A stretch of 63,978 nt of DNA, the filler included, from Octopus bimaculoides (taxonomy: Eukaryota): NCBI RefSeq assembly GCF_001194135.2. It is 5 parts of 5 records of this genome, joined end to end, with 100 filler letters (N's around TTAATTAATTAA, not from the genome) between each part and the next. Parts side by side here need not be neighbours in the genome. Positions count along the whole stretch, not along the records: positions 52,496 to 57,793 come from NC_068985.1; positions 57,894 to 61,591 come from NC_068982.1; positions 61,692 to 63,978 come from NC_068990.1; 2 more parts are not named here. One strand, written 5' to 3'. Positions 52,496 to 63,978 of the stretch are shown piece by piece (positions within the stretch are counted from its first letter, which is position 1; the number at the start of each line of letters is the position of its first letter). Position numbers and translations under genes: made by a program. The notes beneath the pieces were generated by a model, which saw only the letters and a list, made by a program, of their open reading frames with translations, searched no databases and was not told the origin of the DNA.

Positions 52496-53589
52496 ATATA
52501 TATTTATATATATATATACATATATATTTATGTTCATACACGCACACAAACACACATATATATACATGCACATATACATAATATATATATGTGTGTATAG
52601 GTGTATGTATATGTATATGGATGTTTTCAGTTTTTAAGCTTTTTAAAGTCTGTTTACACATATATTTCTGTGTGTGGGTGGATGTGTCTGTATGTGTATG
52701 TACACGTGAGCATTTTGTGTATGAGCTTGTGTATACGTATGACACATGTTCACATGCATAGATAAAGTAGCTTATGATAGAGAGATAAGTATACAACAAT
52801 GCATATCAGCGTTTTCTTTTGCAACAGGCAAGTATTTTTGATGTATTTCTCAATGTATGAGTGTCCACCTAATAACTATAATTTGTGTTTGTGTTTACCT
52901 TGTTTATCATGTCATAATTTCCTGATGAAATTCTGCATATGTGTATATATATATATATATATNNNNNNNNNNNNNNNNNNNNNNNNNNNNNNNNNNNNNN
53001 NNNNNNNNNNNNNNNNNNNNNNNNNNNNNNNNNNNNNNNNNNNNNNNNNNNNNNNNNNNNNNNNNNNNNNNNNNNNNNNNNNNNNNNNNNNNNNNNNNNN
53101 NNNNNNNNNNNNNNNNNNNNNNNNNNNNNNNNNNNNNNNNNNNNNNNNNNNNNNNNNNNNNNNNNNNNNNNNNNNNNNNNNNNNNNNNNNNNNNNNNNNN
53201 NNNNNNNNNNNNNNNNNNNNNNNNNNNNNNNNNNNNNNNNNNNNNNNNNNNNNNNNNNNNNNNNNNNNNNNNNNNNNNNNNNNNNNNNNNNNNNNNNNNN
53301 NNNNNNNNNNNNNNNNNNNNNNNNNNNNNNNNNNNNNNNNNNNNNNNNNNNNNNNNNNNNNNNNNNNNNNNNNNNNNNNNNNNNNNNNNNNNNNNNNNNN
53401 NNNNNNNNNNNNNNNNNNNNNNNNNNNNNNNNNNNNNNNNNNNNNNNNNNNNNNNNNNNNNNNNNNNNNNNNNNNNNNNNNNNNNNNNNNNNNNNNNNNN
53501 NNNNNNNNNNNNNNNNNCTTCAGATGACTGCATAGACTTTGAACTCAAAGGATACAACTATTTCCTTAACATATTCACATCAATAATTA

Positions 53590-54110
53590 AGGCGTCGAGC
53601 TGGCAGAAACGTTAGCACGCCGGGCGAAATGCTTAGCAATATTTGATCTGTCATTACATTCTGTGTTTAAATTCCACTGAGGTCAACTTTACCTTTCATC
53701 CTTCAGGGTCGATAAATTAAGTACTAGTTAAGCACTGGGGTTGATGTAATCGACTTAATCCCTTTGTCTGTCCTTGTTTGTCCCCTCTTTGTTTAGCCCT
53801 TTGTGGGCAATAAAGAAATAAGAAACGTTAGCACACCTGGCGAAATGTTTAGTGGTATTTCGTCTGCCGTTACTTTCTGAGTTCAAATTCCGCCGAGGTC
53901 AACTTTACCTTTCATCCTTCGGGGTCGATAAATTAAGTACTAGTTAAGCACTGGGGTTGATGTAATCGACTTAATCCCTTTGTCTGTCCTTGTTTGTCCC
54001 CTCTTTGTTTAGCCCTTTGTGGGCAATAAAGAAATAAGAAACGTTAGCACACCGGGCGACTTTGCCTTTCATCCTTTCGGGGTCAATAAATTATGTACCA
54101 ATACTCTATT
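53590..54110 (+). mobile_element. Head-to-tail multimer of SINE family C (216-bp period)
   Basis: agaaacgttagcac recurs at 53605, 53821 and 54037. The third unit is internally deleted. Confidence 0.85.
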
Positions 54111-54299
54111 CTGTATTGTAGAGTACACATTTCACAATTACTCTTTTACTTGTTTCAGTCCTTTGACTGTGGCCATGCTGGAGCACCACCTTTAGTCAAG
54201 CAAATCGATTCCAGGACTTATTCTTTGTAAGCCTAGTACTTATTCTATCGGTCTCTTTTTCCGAAAGCGATGTTGGGTGGACAAACACAGACATAACAA

Positions 54300-54862
54300 T
54301 CAAAGAGGCTGCAGTCTAGGGAGGTAGGTAGCCAGATGTTAGGTGAGATGTGGTCACAGAAATTGTCTGACAGCTATGACTGGGTTCTCTTGCTTGTGTG
54401 TCATGGTACAGAGTCCTGTTGCCAGACACAGGGTCTTCCACCAGCCACCCTCTTGAACGAGGGCAGCAAAACCTCCTCCAGGCACTTGATGTAGGCCTCC
54501 ATGTTGCATCTGAAGCCGTGTGGGAAGATGAATGGAGGCATAACGTCGCCATCACTAGTGATCACTCCACACACCATGATGTTGACTGGGTGTTCGATTT
54601 TTATCACTGTCGGTACATGTCCTCAGATTGACACCCAAACACTCTGAAATGTTTTTAGTGGAGCTTCTGATGCAAATGCCAAACAGTTCGACAAGTCATT
54701 TCCAAATCTCTGGCAGAACGAGTTGCGTCATGATGCTGTTTTTCACACAGATGGTAGCCAACTGACCCTACTATACTGTGTAGCCGACAAAATCAAAAAC
54801 GAACAATGCACGTGTGTGAAATAAAAAATATAAAATGGCGACAATTTACCCTTTGCACCCTG
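54300..54862 (-). mobile_element. Partial maT-like element, same family
   Basis: TIR ...ctttgcaccctg-TA at 54862. ORF 54401-54607 PVNIMVCGVITSDGDVMPPFIF...VWQQDSVP. Left end lost next to a SINE. Confidence 0.8.
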
Positions 54863-54883
54863 TATACAGACACATATGCATGA

Positions 54884-54926
<43 letters not shown>

Positions 54927-54952
54927 TATAGATAGATAGATAGATAAGTAGG

Positions 54953-54984
<32 letters not shown>

Positions 54985-55350
54985 TACACATACATATATG
55001 CAAATGTGTGTGTGTGTATATATATAACTAATGTTTGCGTATATTTATATATATAAAGGGAAGCCTAAAGACAAAAGCTATTGAATAAAATAGATTTCCT
55101 TGCAGCTTACAATCCAGTGAAATTGTGATGGTGATTTCATATTAAAGAAATCTGATAGTAATTTAATAAAAACAAAACCTATTTAAACCAAAACGAAAAT
55201 AATCATAATCCAAAAGAAGACAAAAAACAATGACAACAACAATACATAAAACATATGCATAATAAAATAGAAATGTTATAGGGAATTGCTAATATATTTC
55301 TGTGTTAGGATATATAATGTGTGTGAGTGTATATATGTATGTATCTCTCA

Positions 55351-55404
<54 letters not shown>

Positions 55405-55744
55405 ATATATATATATTAATTAATATATGATTGTTTACCCTATTTTTTAATAATATATATATATATAGGTAGATAGATATACATATGTATGTTTGTATAT
55501 ATATGTATATGTGTGTTTGTATGTATATATATATATGCATATGTGTGTATGTGTTTGTGTATGTGAGTGTATATATGTATATATATACACACACACATAC
55601 AGATATATATAATACACAGGCATACATGCATATACATATATATATATATATATGAACAAAAGTAATTACAGTCATATATATAAAAACTTTGTGATGCATA
55701 CAAACATACATACACACACACAGGGAAGTACACACACACATACA

Positions 55745-55778
<34 letters not shown>

Positions 55779-56029
55779 GTCTTACACATTTTCTCTGTGT
55801 GTGTGTGTATGTGTGTGTCTCTCTCTCACACACACACACATCTCATCAAATTACTGCAAAATATGTAGAAAAACGAAAGTAAAGTGAAATATTTTGAAAA
55901 GAACGTCGACAATAACAGCAGCAATAACAATGACAACAATAACAAGAAGAACAACAATGAGGATATGAAGTAAAATGCAAACAAAACAACTGATTTGATA
56001 GCGAAAACAAGAACAAAAACATTATTGGA

Positions 56030-56386
56030 AACACACACACACACACATACACATTGAAGCAGGCACTTACGCACAGATCTGACATATGTAAGATACACGC
56101 ATACACACACACAGGTCTGATGCAGATCACACACACACACACACACACATATTGAAACAGGCACTTACACACAGATCTCATATATATATAATACACTTAT
56201 ACAGACACACAGAGCCCCCCCCCCCAATCTGATACATATAATACACACATATACACACACACATATTGAAACAGGCACTTCCACACATATCTGATACGTA
56301 TAATACACACATACACACACACAAATCCGATACATATAATACACACATACAGGTCTGATACAGACAACACAGACACATACCCACCA

Positions 56387-56417
<31 letters not shown>

Positions 56418-56605
56418 AATTAGATATATATATATATAATACACATGTACATACATACAGGTCTGATACGGAAAACACACACACATACACAGACACGTGC
56501 ACACACACACAGATTTGATATATATAATACACACATACACACACAGAGGTTCAATACAGATAACACCCCCCCCCCAAACACACACAATTTGATATGATAC
56601 AGCAC

Positions 56606-56638
<33 letters not shown>

Positions 56639-56760
56639 ACATACACGTTGTAGCAGGGACTTACACACAGATCTGGTATATACATAATACACATATACAC
56701 ACTCACAGGTCCAATACAGATAACTCACACACACACGCACTCAAACACACATACACACAT
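56030..56760 (+). repeat. Complex cryptic minisatellite: short cassettes separated by (CA)n tracts
   Basis: Recurrent ttgaa(a/g)caggcactta...cagatct (~56053, 56152, 56265, variant 56647) and acaggtctgata (~56111, 56350, 56457, variant 56706). Confidence 0.7.
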
Positions 56761-57050
56761 AATCCTTTGTTCATGCTCTAACTCACCACCACCACCACCA
56801 CCTCCTCCCCCTCCTGCCTCCAATAACAGAAATTCTTAAATGCTTCTCTCTTTTGCTCTGGCAGAATCGTCTGGACATCAGACAAACTCTTTCAGCTGCA
56901 TTTCCTCTGGCTTTTAATGGTCTGAGTTCAAATCCCACGCATGTCAACTTTGCCGTTCATCTTTTCAGGGTTCGTGAAAGAAGACAACTGTCAAATACTC
57001 GAGGGAAGGTAGGGTGGGGGGGAGTCATTATATTTATTGTTATTATTATT

Positions 57051-57606
57051 GAGTGAGAGAGTAGTGCATGCCATCAAAGTGACACTGGGGTACAATTATA
57101 CGAAGCCCAGTATACCCATCATGACTACCCGTCTGATAAGGGTACACCAGGCACATGCATCACAACCATATGTGCGCGACATGGTGATCTCATATTAAGA
57201 TAAACAGCGCATGACTTTGCAGGTGGGGCCCAGTTAGAATTTTCTTCAGGTCGAATAGCCCATCCCGCTCAAAAGGGCCCTGAATATGGTTTGTTTAAGG
57301 ATGTTGAGCAAAACACCTATGTTTCCAAAGGTGAATTATTCAAGCCCCAAAGAATTCCTCTCAACACATGGCTATGATGCTCCCCCAATACTTCTGCTCA
57401 TGATCAGGGATGCACATATCGTCAGCCACCAAGGGACATGCTCAACTATTTAAGGTCAAACAACCGGCAAGCAAATCTGTGGTATTAAGCAGAATATTTG
57501 CTGTAGCCCATCTTTTTATACCAAGACAAAACAATGTACATGATAACACTTCCAATCAATTAAGATCAGAAGCCATGAGAGCCACTGCCTCGTACTGCAT
57601 CAGGGC
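57051..57606 (-). mobile_element. 556-bp non-coding retro-element (family E) inside (TAA)n
   Basis: Flanked on both sides by (TTA)n. A second copy at 46866-47086 lies in the opposite orientation and is also bracketed by (TAA)n across an N gap. Confidence 0.8.
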
Positions 57607-57629
57607 TTTTGTTATTGTTATTATTATTA

Positions 57630-57678
<49 letters not shown>

Positions 57679-57793
57679 GGCGGTGAACTGGCAGAATCGT
57701 TAGCACGGTGGGTGAAATGCTTAACGGTATTATGCTTGTTGCTATGTTCTGAGTTCAAATTCTGCTGAGGTCGACTTTGCCTTTTTTCCTTTT

Positions 57794-57893
57794 NNNNNNN
57801 NNNNNNNNNNNNNNNNNNNNNNNNNNNNNNNNNNNNNTTAATTAATTAANNNNNNNNNNNNNNNNNNNNNNNNNNNNNNNNNNNNNNNNNNNN
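57794..57893. other. Artificial scaffold-join spacer
   Basis: 44N + TTAATTAATTAA (57838-57849) + 44N. Confidence 0.93.
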
Positions 57894-58478
57894 TATATAT
57901 ATATCTTGAGAGAGAGGGGGAGGTGGAGAGAAAGAAAGAAGTGAAAGACTGAAAACCAACACCATCCTATATCATGTCTGAAAGTAATTCAGTGATATAG
58001 TTAAAAAAAAAAGCGTAAATTATTGTTTGTTTATCCGTTTCTTTATTTGTTTTGTTTGCTATTTATTCAATCGTTCCTCCACTTGTTTATTCTCCAATAC
58101 AAGCATTAATGTTATTACAGAAATTATAATTTAACAAGTGTCGTCTGCTTTATTCAATCTGCTCCCTTCACATCTCATTATGGCTACGTGACCTGTAATA
58201 CGACAGTTGCATTTTGCAAACCCTGATAAAATCGCGCCTCACCTCCGCTCAATATCGTCCGAACAACATAGTCGATTTCTGATAACTTACTCTCACCTCT
58301 TTAGTTGACCTTTCTATATATGTATGTGGCTATATGCGTGCATGTATGTGAGTATGAATGCGTGTATGTATGCATGCATGCATGCATGAACGTATCCATG
58401 TACGCACGTATGTATATATGCATGTATTATGTATGTATGTATATATGCATGCATGTATTATGTATATATGTATGTATG

Positions 58479-58516
<38 letters not shown>

Positions 58517-58635
58517 TGTATATATGTATTTCTGTATTTAAATGTATGCATACATGTATTTATATGTGTAATGTATGTGTGTATGTCTATGTATGTATAT
58601 ACATATGTGCGTGTGTAAGAATATAAGTATGTAGC

Positions 58636-58693
<58 letters not shown>

Positions 58694-59099
58694 NNNNNNN
58701 NNNNNNNNNNNNNNNNNNNNNNNNNNNNNNNNNNNNNNNNNNNNNNNNNNNNNNNNNNNNNNNNNNNNNNNNNNNNNNNNNNNNNNNNNNNNNNNNNNNN
58801 NNNNNNNNNNNNNNNNNNNNNNNNNNNNNNNNNNNNNNNNNNNNNNNNNNNNNNNNNNNNNNNNNNNNNNNNNNNNNNNNNNNNNNNNNNNNNNNNNNNN
58901 NNNNNNNNNNNNNNNNNNNNNNNNNNNNNNNNNNNNNNNNNNNNNNNNNNNNNNNNNNNNNNNNNNNNNNNNNNNNNNNNNNNNNNNNNNNNNNNNNNNN
59001 NNNNNNNNTATATATATATATATATATTATATATTAATTTATTTGTCATTCATTAAACTCTTTTTCACATAATTTCTGTTATCTTATTTCACTTCATCT

Positions 59100-59157
<58 letters not shown>

Positions 59158-59243
59158 TCCCCTATCTCTCTTTAGCTATCTATCTGTCTGTCTGTCTGTC
59201 TGTCTGTCTGTCAGTCTTTCTGTCCGTTTGTCTGGTTTTCTGC

Positions 59244-59330
<87 letters not shown>

Positions 59331-59744
59331 ATTCCTCATCTCTGTTGACATGTTATGTTATCTAAGTATGCCAAGATGTCTCCACACGAAATGACATGAG
59401 GTTGTATGCAAAGTTCATGAAAGATATATATATTTTTTAATGTACTGTTTGTTTGGTTCCGTTTTTATTCAAAATTAAATTTAAAGGCATAGAAATGTAA
59501 ATTCTTGGAATCTAAATTACAAACGGGTCCGACTGGCCCCTTTACATATAATGAATTGTATGTACGTATGTATGAATGTACGGACATACGTACTTATGAA
59601 TGCATGCATGTATACATGGAAGAAAAACATAAAAAAAATTCATGAAGTCATGGGAAACAAACAAACAAATGAACAGGGCCTATAAGGTTGAAAAAAATAT
59701 GGAGAGAAAAGAGAAAAACGTGTTTCAATGGTCAACGCATGTTG

Positions 59745-59774
<30 letters not shown>

Positions 59775-59778
<4 letters not shown>

Positions 59779-60027
59779 TTGCTGTAATGTTAAACCGTCG
59801 TATGTCCAAATTTGGCCAAATGCGTTTTTTTCTCAATATTCATTTTTGCTTGCAATAGCCGGTTCTTTTGGTCAAACTATCGTATCTCCAGCTGCTTCAG
59901 ATACCAAGATAACAGAAATTGTCAAAAATTGTACAACGGTTGTGGTATGGAATGGTGAAACTATTTCTTTCGTTTTCTGAAAAAGCAACGTTTTGGACTT
60001 ACGACGCTTTTGCATAATAGCAACGAT
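59775..60027. mobile_element. 253-bp MITE with 36-bp imperfect TIRs inside (TA)n
   Basis: ATCGTTGCTGTAATGTTAAACCGTCGTATGTCCAAA vs reverse complement of the right end ATCGTTGCTATTATGCAAAAGCGTCGTAAGTCCAAA: 30/36 identical. Confidence 0.75.
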
Positions 60028-60399
60028 NNNNNNNNNNNNNNNNNNNNNNNNNNNNNNNNNNNNNNNNNNNNNNNNNNNNNNNNNNNNNNNNNNNNNNNNN
60101 NNNNNNNNNNNNNNNNNNNNNNNNNNNNNNNNNNNNNNNNNNNNNNNNNNNNNNNNNNNNNNNNNNNNNNNNNNNNNNNNNNNNNNNTATATATATATAT
60201 ATGTATGTATATATATTACCATGGTGTACAAAACTGCAGAGGCTGGTCGCCTTGTACATCTATACATACATACTTACATACGTACATACATACATGCAAC
60301 CGAAAGTGTAGAAAATAACATCACACATATGATTAGCAGCCGCCCCAAAATATCAAGGTATTACCTCCCTTTGGGAAACAAAGTTGTCGCAAAAACAAT

Positions 60400-60870
60400 A
60401 TAAAATGCCAGAAAAAAGACTGTCCTGGAATAAATATAGAGATTTCCCCTATTATTGAATATGTACAAATATTAGCATAAGGAATGCTGGAGGCACATTC
60501 CCATCGAAACATCTGTCAAGAGTAAACATAACAGGCCAAATATATTGTTGTTTGGGAAAGACAAGAAAAAGTATGTACCGCGTTAGAGGGCAATTATCTT
60601 GCTGACGTGAATTCCTCTTTAAAAATCATAAGAGAAAGAGAATAATTATGGCTAACTGTTCCGAAACAATCAATTTCCGTATCCAGATTATAAATTCACA
60701 TTTATACTAATATTAAATCGGTGCACTTTGATTTTTAAGTAAATTATTAAGTGATAATCTGGATAAGCTTGGATTATCAGGAAAAGAAACCAACCAACTG
60801 ATTCGCACGTTACAAATACTATATGTAAGTGGAACGATAAAAATATGCAAGACTTTTCTCAAGTCAAGAG
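60400..60870 (+). mobile_element. 3' fragment of an R4/Dong-like LINE (restriction-endonuclease-like domain), decayed
   Basis: WRHIPIETSVKSKHNRPNI, VCTALE..LADVN, PDYKFTFI, IGAL*, KLGLSGKETNQLIRTLQILYVSGTIKICKTFLK. Confidence 0.78.
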
Positions 60871-61283
60871 AACCATTAACTCTACGGAAAACCCTAGTTC
60901 TGAACAGATTAGATTTGGTCTCCAAACTCATCCAATGTCATAAAAGAGATTGAAGGGTTACAAAGGACATTCACCAATAAAGAAAACTTTGGTGAAAAGC
61001 CTTAATTCCTGGAAATATCTGAAATCTCTGCGTCTCTATTCTCGTGAAGAGATAGATATACTATCAAGTAGATATGGAAAAGATCAGCTGCTACAAACTG
61101 AAACATAGACCAACTTCCGGCCGTAAAGTGACCACAAAACTGATATGAAATAATCTAAGGCAGTGCTCTAGCATGGCCGCTGTCCTACGCCTGAAGCCGC
61201 GTAAAGAATATAAGAATAAGAACGACAACGAAACGATGGTAGCGACGATGGCAACAACAGCAGCAACAATAACAACAATGATG

Positions 61284-61316
<33 letters not shown>

Positions 61317-61591
61317 GAAGAAGAAGAAGAAGAAGAAGAAGAAGAAGAAGAAGAACGAGAAGAAGAAGAAGCTGTAAGAACAACAGTGAAAACGTTAATG
61401 ACGATGATGTTGACAAAAGGAGCTGCAATAAAGACAAGAACAACAAGAATAATGACAACTAACAAAAATAACAATAAGGAAGATGATGACGATGACAACA
61501 GGAACAACAACAACAACAAAGAATCAACTTCAGCCACGACGACCACGACCACGAGCACCACCACCACCACCACCATCACCACCACCACCAC

Positions 61592-61691
61592 NNNNNNNNN
61601 NNNNNNNNNNNNNNNNNNNNNNNNNNNNNNNNNNNTTAATTAATTAANNNNNNNNNNNNNNNNNNNNNNNNNNNNNNNNNNNNNNNNNNNN
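61592..61691. other. Artificial scaffold-join spacer
   Basis: 44N + TTAATTAATTAA (61636-61647) + 44N. Confidence 0.93.
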
Positions 61692-61894
61692 TAACATATA
61701 AACATATATACATACAAATATACACAAGAATATACATATATACACACAACATACACACATATACACATAAACACTAATATATACATATACATAAATAGAT
61801 ACATACATACACATATATACATAAATACACACATATATATACATACATAATAACACATATAGACTAAAACATACACACTTACATATATATATAT

Positions 61895-62850
61895 AAAAAA
61901 CCCATTAGCTAAAGTTTTTATATAAATAAAGTAATTTATGTCTACATTTTATTTTTCGTTCATCAAAAGAATTAAGTAAATTATTATCCTTATGAAATAA
62001 TATCTCTTTAAATTCATTATTACATAAATTACAAAAATGATTACCTATATGATAGGATTTTGCTTTACAAACTATCTCCCGTTTTAAAATATAGTTAATA
62101 TTTTTAGATTTAAGTTCTCAAATATATTTACTGAGGCCAGTAGAATTAATCAAATTTCTATTCTTAAATGAGTGTATATGTTGAGCCACTCTTAATTTAA
62201 TTTTATTAGAAGTCGATCCTATATAAATCTTATTTAAATTATAACCATTATGCGTATTCTCATTCAATAACTTCACTATACATTTATACACTACATCTTT
62301 CAAATTACATTTATTATTAAAATTACATTTAGTTTTATCTAAACATGTACAATTAATTATATCCTGGTCAACATTATTATTATTATTAGAATAATTATTA
62401 AATTTAAATTTATAATACTTATTTAACTTAAATCTATTAAAAGAAGAGATAATATTAGCAGCATTATTAATAGTAGAATAACCTACACCAAAATTATTTG
62501 TAGAAAATATATAATGATATTTTTTATTATCTTTAAGGAATAAATCAATAACTTTTAAAATATCATTAATAATGTTAGTTTTAACTTGAACGCTGTATGG
62601 AATAATTAGCCAGAGTTTGTTCTTATAGATATTATTGAATTTATTATTAATATTATTAAATTTATTATTATCATTAAAAAAATTAAAATTATATTTAAAA
62701 TTGTTTCCATTAAAATTATGTTTATGTAATTTCTTATCATAATACCTATTATTCTTATTATTACCTAAGAAGACATTATCATGAGTATAAAAGTTATGTT
62801 TATTAAAAAGGTCATTACTATTATAATTATCTGTATATATATAAAAGAGA
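61895..62850 (-). mobile_element. 5'-truncated Penelope-like element, GIY-YIG endonuclease region
   Basis: KLWLIIPYS, CTCLDKTKCNFNNKC (CxCx5Cx5C), VVYKC...KIYIGST, KLRVAQH, STGLSKYI. After one TGA (62120-62118) the frame continues 70 aa with CNLC and CRH to TAA at 61907-61905. Microsatellites on both sides. Confidence 0.87.
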
Positions 62851-63660
62851 GGATGCGTGTGTGTGTGTACGTGAATGTAGTTTATGTACGTCCACAAATT
62901 AGCACGCATGTCGCTCCAATTTTAGGAGATGTGTCATGACCTTATCTGCATTTTCGCCAAGTTTTTCTCTCAGAGGCACCCGCGTATAGCTGTAAAAATC
63001 GATAAACTTTTACCAGTTTTGAAGTTTGTTGAAATGGCGAAGTCAAATCTGTGCGTACGCGCGTGACGGAGAGAGAGACAGATAGACAGACACAGAGAGA
63101 ATGAAAGAAAGAAATAGTGTGTTTGTGACAGGGGGGAGGTACAGTGTTTGCTAGCGTCTAACAAAAAAAAAATTAAAAAGTAAGGCAGACAGAAATCAAA
63201 GCAAATTTTTCTAAGCAAGACAGAGTTTANNNNNNNNNNAAAAAAAAAAAAAAAAAAAAGGAACGAAAAAGTTGAAGAGGGAAGCAAAGCATATTACGAA
63301 AGAAAATGTAGGTACGGAAGACAGAGTAAGTGTAAAATGTAAAATGCATTTTTATTTTCTTAAACATAAGATATAGTTTAAAATATACGATGTTTTTGAA
63401 AGACACTATATTCTATAATGAGATTATATATACTTTCTCACACAACAATTCAAATATATTTATTTTAAATCATTTATTTGTTTTAAATCGTTCATCTTTC
63501 TCCCCCCCCCTCTCACTCTCACACACACGCACATATACTACTTTGGGAGCGAAAGAGTTTTGTTTATATTTCACAACTATGAAACAAAAACCCCAACCCA
63601 TTTTTCGGATCACAAAAAGGGTTTTGTAATTTTTCAGATTAACAACCGCACGATTTCCAC

Positions 63661-63808
63661 TAGGGTGTTATGGTTAGGGTTTTAGGGTTAGGGTTAGAGT
63701 TTTACGGTTAGGATTAGGGCTAGGGTTAAGGTTAGTGTTAGGATTACGATTAGGGTTGGTGTTAGGGTTACGGTTTTAGGGTTAGGGTTAGGGGTTAGGG
63801 TTAGAGTT
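63661..63808 (+). repeat. Degenerate interstitial telomeric repeat (TTAGGG)n
   Basis: Ten perfect TTAGGG interspersed with TTAGAG, TTAGGA, TTACGG, CTAGGG, TTAAGG and TTAGTG variants over ~150 bp. Confidence 0.88.
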
Positions 63809-63978
63809 AACCTAGAAGGGACAGGCCCCTTATTTTTTGGTTAAGGCTGTTGGTAAGTTTTCCTAAGTTACTCCAATCCACATCCCCAATGCAAACCTTC
63901 AGATCAACCTTTTCCTATGCAGATCTCTAATGCAACTTTAAAAAAAACAGTCAATGAGTGGAAATAACCAATAAACTG

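Noticed and set aside
61091-61643. Poly-A/E/T/N ORF resembling a low-complexity protein
   Set aside because: A compound trinucleotide microsatellite open on both strands. It starts inside a SINE fragment and runs into a synthetic spacer.
62118-62120. Selenocysteine or alternative-code reading of the in-frame TGA
   Set aside because: The position corresponds to Trp, not Cys. TGG is used for Trp elsewhere in the same ORF, and another conserved Trp appears as CGG, so ordinary decay is more likely.

Overview
AT-rich, microsatellite-saturated animal genomic DNA. The repeat families and gap style point to a coleoid cephalopod, most likely Octopus (inference from recognised SINE sequences, not a search). 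The window is not one contiguous sequence: four artificial 100-bp spacers (44 N + TTAATTAATTAA + 44 N) join five pieces (1-30538, 30639-52395, 52496-57793, 57894-61591, 61692-63978), and there are many other N gaps. The only confidently identified host coding sequence is one 859-bp minus-strand exon (39213-38355) of the T-type voltage-gated calcium channel Cav3. It covers the end of IS6, the gating brake and a I-II linker with the APRASPE motif, and has an in-frame internal donor resembling the optional 'exon 8b'. A second, unidentified exon candidate lies at 10038-9882 (-). The rest is mostly mobile DNA: several tRNA-derived modular SINE families, DD37D (maT) Tc1/mariner elements, mariner and hAT relics, MITEs, decayed R4/Dong-like LINEs and a probable solo LTR. 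There are also three Penelope-like (GIY-YIG) retroelement copies, two of them forming a ~0.7-kb-arm hairpin. The most notable small-scale signals are minimal hammerhead ribozyme motifs in Penelope-type terminal repeats, an 80-nt U6 snRNA copy captured inside a SINE, and an interstitial (TTAGGG)n-like tract. No CRISPR array, rRNA or genuine tRNA gene was seen. Most ORFs in the supplied track are artefacts of microsatellites or N runs. I cannot claim a wholly new biological system; the best leads are listed as findings.
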